This document shows positions 1 to 11,623 of a stretch of DNA of 64,000 nucleotides, one piece after another. The translations under genes were made by a program, and so were the position numbers. Under the pieces are notes generated by a model. That model saw only the letters and a list, made by a program, of their open reading frames with translations, did not search any database and was not told the DNA's origin. The stretch comes from Mytilus edulis (Eukaryota), in the NCBI RefSeq assembly GCF_963676685.1, contig NC_092346.1:16120001-16184000 (forward strand), written 5' to 3'. How positions within the stretch are numbered: position 1 is the stretch's first letter; every line of letters starts with the position of its first letter.

Positions 1-140
1 ATCTCTATCTCACATCTCCATATACCAACGTCCTAATCACCAACATTTCCCAAACAATGTATCTTTATACCATACAGTGTACATGCCCTCATCCGCATCT
101 TATTATATCCCACATTTCCTTATACCTCACATCTGCGGAC

Positions 141-533
141 TCAATTCTCCGTATCCCTACAAGAATCACGACCCAATTCTCCGTATCCCTACACGTACTT
201 ACGACCCAATTCTCCGTATCCCTACACGTACTTTCGACCCAATTCTCCGTATCCCTACACGTACTTACGACCCAATTCTCCGTATCTCTACACGTACTTA
301 CGACCCAATTCTCCGTATCCCTACACGTACTTTCGACCCAATTCTCCGTATCCCTACACGTACTTTCGACCCAATTCTCCGTATCCCTACACGTACTTAC
401 GACCCAATTCTCCGTATCTCTACACGTACTTACGACCCAATTCTCCGTATCCCTACACGTACTTACGACCCAATTCTCCGTATCCCCACACGTACTAATG
501 ACCCAATTCTCCGTATCCCTACACGTACTTACG
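141..533. repeat. Homogeneous 33-bp tandem repeat, ~12 copies (GACCCAATTCTCCGTATCCCTACACGTACTTAC)
   Basis: Near-identical copies are directly visible. They explain the 11-aa periodic ORFs 57..545 and 77..580. Confidence 0.95.
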
Positions 534-1432
534 CATATCTGCTAATACATGTACATGACTTTGTACATGACTTTCGTTAAACCCAACATCTCCGTATTCA
601 CCACATCTCCTTGTAACCATTATGTCCTTATATCGAACATTATCATACTTTTCAACTCTTTATACCCAACAACTCCTGATACCACATTTCTCCTTAGTGT
701 ACCTCACATATTCCTACCCCTATCTCTATATATATATTTATACCCAGCATCTCCTTATACCTAACATCTCTGTATACCTCACATCTCTTTATTTACAACA
801 TCTCATTATTCCTTAAATCTCTTTATACCCAACGTCTCCTTATACCTCATATCTTTGTATACATCATTTTTCCTTATACCTCACATCTCTTACTATCCAA
901 CATCTCATTATACCTCATATCTCTGTATACCTCATATTTCCTTATACCTCACACCTCTTTCTGTCTAAAACCTCCTTACACCTCATATCTCTTTATACCC
1001 AACATATCCTTATACCCCACATATCTTTCTATCTCACATCTCCTTATACCTCATTGTTCCTTATACCCCATATCTCTTTCTATCTCACATCTCCTTATAC
1101 CTCATATCTCTTTAAATCAAACATCTCCTTATACCTAACATCTCTGTATACCTCACATCTCCTTATACCTCATATCCCCTTATACCTCATAATCTTTAAA
1201 CCTCATTTCTCCTTATACCTCATATCTTTTTATACCCAACATCTCCTTATACTTCACATCTCTTTCTATACAACGTCTCCTCATACCTCATATCTCTGTA
1301 TACCTCATATTTTCTTACACCTTACACCTCTTTATATGTAACACCTCCTTAAACCTCATATATATTTCTATCCAACATCTCCTTATACTTCAAATCTCTT
1401 ACTATCCAACTTCTCCTTATAACTCTTATCTC

Positions 1433-1922
1433 TAAAATTGAGAATGGAAATGGGGAATGTGCCAAAGAGACAACAACCCGACCATAGAAAAAACACAACA
1501 GCAGAAGGTCACCAACAGGTCTTCAATGTAGCGAAAAATTCCCGCACCCGGAGGCGTCCTTCAGCTGGCCCCTAAACAAATATATACTAGTTCAGTGATA
1601 ATGAACGCCATACTAATTTCCAAATTGTACACAAGAAACTTAAATTAAAATAATACAAGACTAACAAAGGACAGAGGCTCCTGACTTGGGACAGGCGCAA
1701 AAATGCGGCGGGGTTAAACATGTTTGTGAGATCTCAACCCTCCCCCTATACCTCTAGCCAATGTAGAAAAGTAAACGCATAACAATACGCACATTAAAAT
1801 TCAGTTCAAGAGAAGTCCGAGTCTGATGTCAGAAGATGTAACCAAAGAAAATAAACAAAATGACAATAATACATAAATAACAACAGACTACTAGCAGTTA
1901 ACTGACATGCAAGCTCTCAGAC
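1433..1922 (+). mobile_element. Non-coding interspersed repeat (AAAATTGAGAATGGAAATGGGGAATGTG family) inserted into the minisatellite
   Basis: It splits a satellite unit (ATCTC^TGTATACC). Partial copies occur at about 5640-5873 (-), 11858-12000 (+), 38810-38935 (-), 61877-61940 (+) and 62587-62730 (+). Confidence 0.85.
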
Positions 1923-2978
1923 TGTATACCTCATTTTCCCGTATAATTCACATCTCTTTCTATCCATTTCTCCCTATACCTCATATATGTCTCATTTTTC
2001 CTTATACCCACATCACTTTCTATCTCACATCTCCTTATACCTCACATCTCTTTCTATCAAACATCTCCTTATACTTCACATCTCTTTCTATTCAACGTCT
2101 CCTTATACCTCATATCTCTGTATACCTCATTTTCCCGTATAATTCACATCTCTTTCTATCCACTTCTCCTTATACCTCATATCTCTGTATGTCTCATTTT
2201 CCTTATACCCCACATCTATTTCTATCTTACATCTCCTTATACCCCACATCCTTTTTCTATCAAGTAACATCTCCTTATACCTCATATCCCCTTATACCTC
2301 ATGTATCTTTAAACCTCATATCTCCTTATACCTAAAATCTCTTTCTATTCAACATCTCCTTATACCTCATATCCCCCTATACCTCATATATCGTTAAACC
2401 TCATTTCTCCTTATACCTCATATCTTTTCATACCTAACATCTACTTATACCTACAAAATCTCTTTCTATTCAACATCTCCTTATACTTCACATCTCTTTT
2501 TACCAACGTCTCCTTATACATCAAATCTCTGTATACTTCATATTTCCTTATACCTCACATCTCTTTCCATCTAACATCTCATTATACCCAACAGCTCCTT
2601 ATACCTGATATCCCTTTACAGAAAATTTCCATACCATTTCTCTTGGCCTACAATCCTTTATAAATCACATCTCTTTTTAATCCCTATACCCCACTAATAC
2701 TCCATATCATTTTGTACCTCATATCCTCTTATACCTCTCTTCTCCTTATACCTTATATTTTGATCTCACACTTCTCTTTATACCTCATTTAACACTTTAC
2801 CAACCATCTTCTTATTTTCATTAGTTTATCCCATGTCTCTTCGTACCCCATTTTCCCACTATACATCATATCTATCTATTTAACTCTATATCTGTTCTTC
2901 TCCTCATCTCCTCATTTATATCCCTAGTTCATAATTTATACCCACACCTCTTTATGTTCTTATGCTCTTTCCTGATAA

Positions 2979-4643
2979 TGCCCGCGTCACACTGTCCCGA
3001 TTTTTACGCCGATGGCAAAACGATTATGGAAATTTTCAAAATCGGGACTGGTCGTATCCAGATCGGGCTATTCGTTGTGCCATCTTTAACCATCGTAAAA
3101 CCATCGGCCACTTTTTCTAGCCTTCAGGGACAACTTCGGGAAGGTTCTAAATTTTTTAACATGTTAAAAAATCCCCGAAGGTGCGTCCGATGTTGAGGGT
3201 TCGTATTGAGTTCGTATCACCATCCTCAACATCGTAATGTCACCGGGAATGCATCTTTGAACATCGTATTGCATTCGTGTTTCCATCGTTTTCATCGGGC
3301 AGTTTTGACATTACGATGTCTACACGAATGAATCACGAAGCTACCCAAATGTCTTACGATGGCAACACGACTTCGTGAAGACCTCGTAATCCCGTCGTGT
3401 TGCCATCGAATAAAAGTACGAAGGCGACAAGATGGAACTACGACGGCAATAAATCCAGCTGAATGTAAGTTAATTTTCGCGCTAAAATACATTTAAAGTA
3501 TCATGCGCGATATGCACTGGTCAGTCTAATACGATAGTTAAGAAAGACGTTCACAAAACATGGAGCTCATATCATATGATTCTATGAGAACAAGAAATGC
3601 GACAGCGTTGTTTCTATTAATTCAAATGGAACAAGAAGAGCAGCTATTACAGGCTCAGGATTTACTTTTACAAGTTAAATATTATTTTTTGTCAATTTTT
3701 CATATCAAGTAACATAATGAAAATCATAAACGCGCCTCGTACACCAACACTGCAGGTACACGTATATAGGGAAATCAACTTTTTTTTCGTTATTCTGATT
3801 TTTTATGTATCGTCTGAGTTGTTGTCACACGAATGTTTATTCCATAACCATTTTGTTTTCTATATGTCATATTTTGCCGTATTTGTTGCTTTCCCCACAT
3901 CCTTCTTTTTGTCTATAGTATTATGATATTCTCCTGGAAAGAGCTCTTTTTGAATAAAAGGGATCAACGAACCCATTACCTTACCTTTAAGATAGATCAG
4001 TAAACATGGGCATAATTATGGGTGATTATTCAGACTAGTGCACACATTTTACAGTTCAAAAAAGGCAATGCCGAGCGTGGCATCCCCTCGTATGTAACAT
4101 ATTGGGGATAAATATGGACACTATATTTGTATATGACACATGCAGAAAATGGTAAATTGAATATGCATATTTGATACATAAACTATTTTTTTTAGAAATC
4201 AACCAAAACATTCAGTAACTGGAAATACCTTTAATATTGTCTTTAGAACCAGCAGGGAAAAAAATGAGCAACCAATTTCCTGTGTATTATGCTATTTCAA
4301 GCTGTTACAGTACACGACGTCTTTTAGACATTGTATGGACATCGCGCCATCATCGTAATCCATCGTGTAGCCTTCGTAATCCATCGTGTAGCCTTAGTGA
4401 TCCATCGTGTAGGCTTCGGCTGAGATATGAAGCTTAAATACCCGTCTTCAGTTAACCTTCGTTTGTCCATCTTTTGCTATCGTATATAATTTCGGCACTA
4501 TCGTATAGACTTCGTTATTCATCGTACTTGCTTCGGTCACTTTTTGGTATTTTAACGAGATCGGGACCAACTTCGTACGAACTTACAATTTTCGCATTCG
4601 GGTGTCCATCGTATATAAAAATCGGGACAGTGTGACGCGGGCA
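2979..4643. mobile_element. Non-autonomous PIF/Harbinger-like DNA transposon
   Basis: TIRs are TGCCCGCGTCACACTGTCCCGATTTTTA / TAAAAATCGGGACAGTGTGACGCGGGCA. TAA flanks both ends (2976-2978, 4644-4646), and a 3-bp TAA TSD is the PIF/Harbinger signature. CATCG/CGATG subterminal motifs are present and there is no transposase ORF. Confidence 0.85.
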
Positions 4644-6538
4644 TAAACGTATGCAACTATGTTGTGTTGAGTTTTAAAAGTAAAATAACAAAAATACCAA
4701 ACTTAAACGAAAAATTAAATAAACAAATCCCTTATCTAATGGCAAAGTCAAAGGCTCAAACACATCAAACAAATGCACAACAACTGTCATATTTCTGACT
4801 TAGTACTGACATTTCTTAATGTACAGTACTAGTAGTAAATGGTGGACTAAAGCTGGTTTTATAGCAGCTATATGTAACTAAACTTCCCACTTGTATGGCT
4901 GTCGCATACTATTCCACTATAATGAACAAAACAAAAAATAATGAAAACAATGTGTAAACAAGACAAACAGACATAGTATATCATGGTAAACATGTCGAAA
5001 AAAAAAAAGCGGTACAGCAGTCAACATTGTGTGATAATGTTGGTCATTATAAAAACAAAGAAACATCCTACAACAAAAAGAAAATGGCAAAATGACTTTA
5101 CATTTGGTAACTTTTGTCTTGTAACTTTAATATATTATCTTATGATTGCTACGGAAAATAGTCTTATCAAAAAGAGAAAGAGAAAAGTATAAGGCTTATT
5201 TTTGCCCTTTAACTTAAAAAACCCAAACTAAACAGTATTATAAATCTTAAAATTACACACAGGGAATTGATTGTACTAAAAAGCTTTTATTAAACAAATA
5301 CACCACTTTTATAGCGTACACACAATAGAGTTGTTCTGACAAATAGTTAGATATTGTACACTCAGTCTATATAAACTCGCCACAATAAATGTTCAAATGG
5401 TTTTCTTTTGAAGAAAACCATTTTTTTTTATTAATATTCGTGATTTTAGAGCTTCTTTAAAATTAATTTCAATTTTACTTAAATTACTATTGCATTTATA
5501 TACACCATAAATAGATCGTTCATTACAAATAGATTACTTTGCCGTCAAACTAGTTTTCATACAAAACGCCATTGTTCTTTTTTTTTAGGAGACTTAAACC
5601 CATTAAATATCTGTCGATTTCATGAACCTCTGGTCACTGTTAGTCCTGTTTGGTTTTTTTTAATTACGGTTTACTTATATGTTTCGGAGTGTAGTCCATT
5701 TTCGATGAACTAGTATATATACATATTTTTTTCAAGGACCATCTGAAGGCCGCCTCCGGTTTCGGTATTTCTTGCTGTGTTGACGACACATTAGTCGCCT
5801 TGGGCTGTTTTCTGCTCTTTGGTCTGGTTGTTGTCTCTTTGACCATGCCATTTCCTGTTTCCATTCTCAAATTTATTGAAATTTAAAATGCAATGATCCA
5901 ATCCCTCATGCTTCTAGTAACGAATGTTAAAATCTAACACATAAAATAACGGTTGTAGAATATATACAATAACTATATCTACGCGTGCGTTTACTTTTAC
6001 TTATTTTACTAAAACCACCTATCTTAGCCGGATACTCTTGTCAACTTTATTTATTTACTAGTAGAACATATTTTAACTACCTCAGCCGAGTATTGTTATG
6101 AATCTGGGTGCTTTCGCCAAAAATCAATTTCGCCCCCTATCACATTCGCAGGCAACACGTTCGTACCCCTTTTGTTGGTTTCGTGTTCATTAATCTTTAA
6201 TTGTGATTAAGTAAGTGTATTACCATACTGGTTTAGAAATAAGTTGTTTCTATTGTTTCAAAATGAAGAGACATTTTCAAAACGGAACCATGTTTCCTAA
6301 AGTGTACGTACGCTAGCTGACCCGATAACTATTTTACAGTGTAAATAAATTATTGTGCCTTTAGTATTACCGATTTCAGATGGAGACTGCTGAAGTAACT
6401 ACCGCTGTACTTTACTTATTTTCCTAGTATTTCCTACCTCACTCGGAGACTGAATTCTACTGGTTTGTTTACCTGTATTTCCAACCTTAGCTGATAATTA
6501 CTGAACTTATAGAATGTATCATATACTTATTTTTCTAG

Positions 6539-6608
6539 TGGTACCTACCTTCGCCGGATACTGTTACAGTTATTACTACAACTATTATTACTACTGCGAC
6601 ACCTACTG
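6539..6608 (+). CDS. Exon of CYYR1/Shisa-like membrane protein gene: signal peptide end and Tyr/Cys-rich ectodomain (VPTFAGYCYSYYYNYYYYCDTY)
   Basis: Acceptor ttttctag and donor gtaag. The phase-2 end joins in frame (TG+G = Trp) to the exon at 8609. The upstream ATG exon was not identified. Confidence 0.7.
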
Positions 6609-6934
6609 GTAAGAATGACTTTTTTGTATTTAAATAATATATTTCTAGAGCCATATATAGATTACCTTAGCGCTATTTTGCAAAACCGTTTGGAAATTTT
6701 TGGTCCTCAATGCTCTTAAACAATGTACTTAATTTGGCCTTTTCAACTTTTTTTTTTATTCGAGCGTCACTGGTGAGTTTTTTATGTAGATAAAACACAC
6801 GTCTGGAATTCACAATTTAAACCTGATATCTATTGAAAGTTATAAATAAATACACAATGAGCTCCTCCTATAATGGTATTCATAAAGAAACACGTGTAAT
6901 ACGATGTTATAAAGAAAAAAACCAGTAATGTTAC

Positions 6935-7478
6935 CAAATTTAATTCCACTGTTTATACATATTGATTAAATATGATTGGTTGAGACTATCCCACTTTGTC
7001 CTTGAACAAAATCTTTTTATTCCACTGCATGTTGATTTTGATAGCTGAATCAACATTTGATAGGTTAAAACTATCACACGTGACGTCGAACAAAACTTCA
7101 CATTCCCTTTGAACGTCGGGATTGTCTTGTGCGACGTTACCTGCGGTTAATGTTTCAATTTAACATTTTGATAGGGTTTGTTTTAAAAATTATTTCAAAT
7201 CTAAAAACAATTAGAAAAGAATAAATAATCAATGAACTGATTATCATTGTCTATGTTGTGTTTCGTAATAAAACAAAACGGATAAGAAAAAGAATATGTT
7301 GTAAATTTTATATTCAAGTGGATTAAAACATTCATTTCCCGTGGCTTCGTGAAATATAAAAAAATGTTCACCCTCAAAAAGTCATATTTCCCTCGGGCGA
7401 TGCCCTCGTGAAATATGATTTTTCTTGAGTGAACAAATCTTCATATATCCCTCAGGCACGGGAAATAAATGTATAATA
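6935..7478. mobile_element. Non-autonomous element ending in a ~155-bp imperfect palindrome (7322-7478)
   Basis: CATTCATTTCCCGTG...CACGGGAAATAAATG arms with nested ATATTTCCCTCGGGC/GCCCTCGTGAAATAT. A short inverted repeat TTCCACT/AGTGGAT bounds the body. Confidence 0.5.
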
Positions 7479-7723
7479 TTCTTTAAGACTAGGACAAGAT
7501 AACAAGTAATATACCAAACTTCTATACGTAAATTTCATTAATACATCTGCGATTGTAGGAGCCGTGGCACGACTGTCACAAATAAAAACAAATGATACTA
7601 TGGGAACTGATACTTTACAGCTAATTTCCTAATGGATGTAATGCACGACTTTGGTAAGCTTGCTTTTTTTGTATATTGTACAATTAGGTTAGGATAACAT
7701 CCAATTAAATTTAAATATACTAT

Positions 7724-8319
7724 TGTTACGGCCAGAAATCGCCTTTAAATTGTAGCCAACAAAAGACACAAATCAATAGTAAAATTTAACAATATTTATT
7801 ATACAAAAGTTTACAAGAAGTATTACACAAATATTATTGTCAACTTAACTGTCAAAATATGAGTCCAATCTTTTATCTTTATCTGTATCCGGATATCTTT
7901 TTGAATCCAATCTGAATATTACGTTCACTATTAAGGTCACAATCCAGTATGATGTTGTTTGTAGAATAAAAGTGTCAATCCAAATGCTGTGAATGCTAAT
8001 GTCTATCGATGTCTAAGTCCAAGTCCAAGAGTGTGTCTTTAACTTTAGTGTCTGTATATATATATAATTGTCATGGAAGATTCTAGAACAGTCTATAATG
8101 GAACATCCTAGAACATCCTAGAAAGTTACAACAGAAGTTTCTAGTAAAATGTAGAAGTTTATATAACGCATCTTTTATTAGGATCATTCTGGAAAGTTCC
8201 AATCATTCTGTAATTGTTCTAAACTGCACAGTTCTAAGATTTTTCTGTAAACAACTATCAGGCCACACAACACAAATCAGGCCAACATAAATAAATACAA
8301 TAATGACAATATCATTACA
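7724..8319 (-). mobile_element. Solo LTR (596 bp), Gypsy-like
   Basis: TG...CA termini (TGTTAC...ATTACA) and a 4-bp TSD CTAT at 7720-7723 and 8320-8323. On the - strand a TATA-like run (~8056-8066) precedes AATAAA (~7795-7800). Confidence 0.8.
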
Positions 8320-8608
8320 CTATATACAAGTTTAACTAATGCCTATATATATTGTTTGAAGATGTCCATTTTAATTTCAAAGATTAAATAAACATTTATG
8401 CAAACAAACTGAAAGCAAGCAAGCCAACCAAATTTTTTTTTCTACCAGCATTAGGAAATTAGTTGTTATGGAATCCATCACGTGACTTTTATAATTGAAC
8501 GGTATATTATTAGGGCAATCGGAAGTATTATGGGAGCAGTTATTGTGGGAAACGATACTTTAATAGACGCCATCACATGCCTTTTATAATTGAACGTTTT
8601 ATTATTAG

Positions 8609-8769
8609 GGCAATCGGAAGTATTGTGGGAGCAGTTATTGGAGGAATGATTGGATTGGTCATTGTCATAGTTATTGTTGCTGTATTATGTGGAGCATGTA
8701 AAACACGTGGTAATCGTGGAACAGTAGTCCAACCAGCACACACCACAACAGTCCAAACAGTATATCAGG
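8609..8769 (+). CDS. Transmembrane exon of CYYR1/Shisa-like gene (AIGSIVGAVIGGMIGLVIVIVIVAVLCGACKTRGNRGTVVQPAHTTTVQTVYQ)
   Basis: A hydrophobic helix is followed by Cys and basic residues. Acceptor tag, donor gtatgt. Lies inside ORF 8577..8846. Confidence 0.85.
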
Positions 8770-9129
8770 GTATGTATATATACAGTGGTCTCATACATTA
8801 TCACTACAACAGATCACTATGTATATATAGTGGTCTCAAACGTTAACACCACTACAGACCACACATCAAGTCAAGGTATGTATATATAGTGGTCTCACTT
8901 GTGAACTCTACAATAGGCCACACTTCAGGTCGGGGAATGTGAAAAGAGTGGTTTCATACGTTAACACTACAACAGTCCACACTTCATATCAGGAAATGTA
9001 TATACATGTCGTAGTCTTTCCATTGAACACTAGAAAAGCCTACACTACATGTCAGGGTATTCAGTGATTCAACAAAATAAACATGAATTCTACTGATTAA
9101 TTTAAGTATTAGTTATGCATACGTTAATA

Positions 9130-9280
9130 TTTATCATATATAGACCTTTGACGAGGTCAATACGTTATATATGGACCTGTTCAAATTATATTAACCGAGG
9201 ACAAAGTCCGAGTTTCAATATAATCTAACAGGTCACTATATAACGTATTAATCGAAGTCCATCTTCCTAATACATTATTT
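9130..9280. repeat. Palindromic MITE-like hairpin
   Basis: AATACGTTATAT..GACCTGTT..ATTATATT is mirrored by AATATAATCTAACAGGTC..ATATAACGTATT. Confidence 0.6.
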
Positions 9281-9423
9281 ATATATTTAATATAAAATGT
9301 AAGGAATTTCACTCAGAAAATGTATATATACAGTAGTCTTTCCATAAATTTAATTTAATCAAATATTTCAGTATTGGAATTTTTCTCCTTTGATAATTAA
9401 TGCTTTATTTCTTGTTTTAACAG

Positions 9424-9453
9424 GTCAACAACAACCGCCACAGTATAATCAAG
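9424..9453 (+). CDS. 30-nt symmetric micro-exon (GQQQPPQYNQ) of CYYR1/Shisa-like gene
   Basis: Acceptor ttttaacag, donor gtatgt, phase 1-1. Paralogous to the start of the last exon. Confidence 0.6.
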
Positions 9454-10659
9454 GTATGTATATAGAGTGGTTTCACACGTTAACACTACAACAGTCCATA
9501 CATCAAGTCAGTGTATGTATATAGAGTGGTCTCACCTAAATTCAACTCTACAACAGTGCACACTTCATATCAGGGTATGCATATAGTGTTGTATCAGCAG
9601 TTAACCCCACAACAGTGAAGACAATATATGAGGGTATGTATATATCACACATTAACACTACAACAGGCCACAACTCATTTCAGGATTTGTATATGTTGAG
9701 GTCTCAAGTTTTAACACTACAACGGTCCATACATCAATTCAGGGATTGTAAAAAGAGTAGTCTCACGCGTTAACACTACAACAGTGAAGACAATATATGA
9801 GGGTATGTATATATCACACATTAACACTACAACAGGCCACAACTCATTTCAGGATTTGTATATGTTGAGGTCTCAAGTTTTAACACTACAACGGTCCATA
9901 CATCAATTCAGGGATTGTAAAAAGAGTAGTCTCACGCGTTAACACTACAACAGTGAAGACAATATATGAGGGTATGTATATATCACACATTAACACTACA
10001 ACAGTCCATACAGCAAGTCAGGGTTTGTATATAGATTAGTCTCACAGGTTACCACTACAACGGTCCATACATCAAGTCAGGGTACGTGTATATAGTAGTC
10101 TAACACATAAACACTATAACAGTCCACACTTCAGGTCAATGAATGTTTACATAGTGCACGTGGTTCATACTTACACATTACAAAGGGACACACTTCAGGT
10201 CAGGGAATATAGATAGAGTCATCCTGCATGTTAGAAAATTGGTACCGTTAATTTTATTTTTTATTACCACTACAACAATCCACATTTCATATCAGAAAAT
10301 TTTTATAGAGTGGTCTCACACTATAACACTCCAACAGTCCACACTTCATATCAGAGTATGTATATAGAGTAGTCTCACACGTTAACAATACAACAGTCCA
10401 TACATCAAGTCAGGGTATGTATATAAAGTGGTTTTACACTTAAACACTAAAACGGTCCATATATATATATATTGTAGTCTCATACCTTAACACTGCAACA
10501 TTCCACACTTAAGGTCAAGAAATGTTTACATAGTGGTCTCACACATACACATTGCAACATTCCACACTTTCGCTCAAGACATGTTTACATAGTGGTCTCA
10601 CATATACACATTACAACAGGCCACATTTCATGTCAAAGAATTTATATAAAGTGGTACCA

Positions 10660-10940
10660 TTAAAACGTTTAATCCTGCTGCAAATGTTTGCACCTTTCCT
10701 AAGTCAGGAATCGGATGTACAATAGTTGTCGTCTGTTTATGTTGTTCATACGTGTTTCTCGTTTCTCGTTTTTATATAGATTTGATCGATGGTTTTTCCG
10801 TTTGAATGGTTTTACACTAGTAATTTTGGGGGCCCTTTATAGCTTATAGCTTTTTGTCGGTGTAGTGGTTTTATTTTATAAATTGTTACTTTGATGGAGA
10901 ATCGTCTCATTGGCACTCATACCACATCTTCTTATATCTA
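10660..10940 (-). mobile_element. Interspersed repeat family (AGATGTGGTATGAGTGCCAATGAGACAAC head)
   Basis: Homologous copies at about 26855-27112 (+), 37450-37630 (-), 59150-59240 (+) and 61950-62315 (-). Confidence 0.75.
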
Positions 10941-11444
10941 CACACTTTATATCAGAGTTTTTATATATAGTGGTCTAACACGTTAACACTACAACAGTCC
11001 ATATATTAAGTCAGGGTATGTATATAGAGTGGTCTAGCTAACATGTTAACACTACAACAGTCCATATATCAAGTCAGGGTATGTATATATAGTGGTCTCA
11101 CACGTTAACACTACAACAGTCTACATGCACTTCAAATTAGGGCATTCATATATATAGTGTTTCTCACCAGTAAACACCACAACATATCAGGGTATATATG
11201 TATCCCACGTTAACACTGCAACGGGGCACACTTCTTATCAGGAAATGTATATACAGTAGTCTTTCCATTGAACAGTAGAAAATCCCCCACACTACATGAC
11301 AGGATATTTATATTCAATGGTCCAACAAAATAAACATGCTAACTAGTAATTAGTTTCTAGCATTAGTGATGCATATTATCAAATATTTCAGTATTGAATT
11401 TTTTTTTATGATATAAAATAATGATTTCTTTTGCGTTTTAACAG

Positions 11445-11623
11445 GTCAACCACCACCACAGTATAATCAGTATCCTCCACCAGGTGGCGCAGTGTATCCA
11501 CCTGTACAAAATGCCGCATATCCACCACCAATGGGAGCTCATCCAGGTCAACCAGCTCCATCCGCTTTCGCTTACAACCAACCACCACCGCCATATTCGG
11601 GAACAGCACCACAGAAACAATAG
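11445..11623 (+). CDS. Last coding exon of CYYR1/Shisa-like gene: Pro/Tyr/Gln-rich tail with PPPY motif
   Basis: Acceptor ttttaacag. Translates GQPPPQYNQYPPPGGAVYPPVQNAAYPPPMGAHPGQPAPSAFAYNQPPPPYSGTAPQKQ then TAG at 11621-11623. Confidence 0.85.

Larger units (their letters stand above)
1..2950. repeat. Degenerate pyrimidine-rich minisatellite, ~16-17 bp unit (CATCTCCTTATACCTCA-like)
   Basis: The unit recurs from the window start to about 2950, interrupted by an insertion at 1433-1922. The ORFs here are low-complexity by-products. Confidence 0.9.
8738..11310 (+). repeat. ~57-bp intronic minisatellite (TTAACACTACAACAGTCCATACATCAAGTCAGGGTATGTATATAGAGTGGTCTCACACG-like)
   Basis: Dozens of diverged copies. 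Includes a 169-bp higher-order repeat (starts 9609, 9778, 9947). Interrupted by the micro-exon and by an interspersed repeat at ~10660-10940. Confidence 0.9.

Noticed and set aside
141-533. CRISPR-like array
   Set aside because: The units are contiguous with no unique spacers, and the context is eukaryotic with no cas genes.
57-580. ORFs of 162 and 167 aa with 11-aa repeats
   Set aside because: They are by-products of a stop-free 33-bp tandem repeat open in two frames, with no gene structure.
5389-5460. Short hydrophobic ORF after a TATA-like motif as first exon
   Set aside because: I found no convincing phase-1 splice donor before the stop codon.
6380-6427. ATG at 6380 as start of the membrane-protein gene
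   Set aside because: It meets a TAG after 15 codons and lies within a degenerate exon-start copy.
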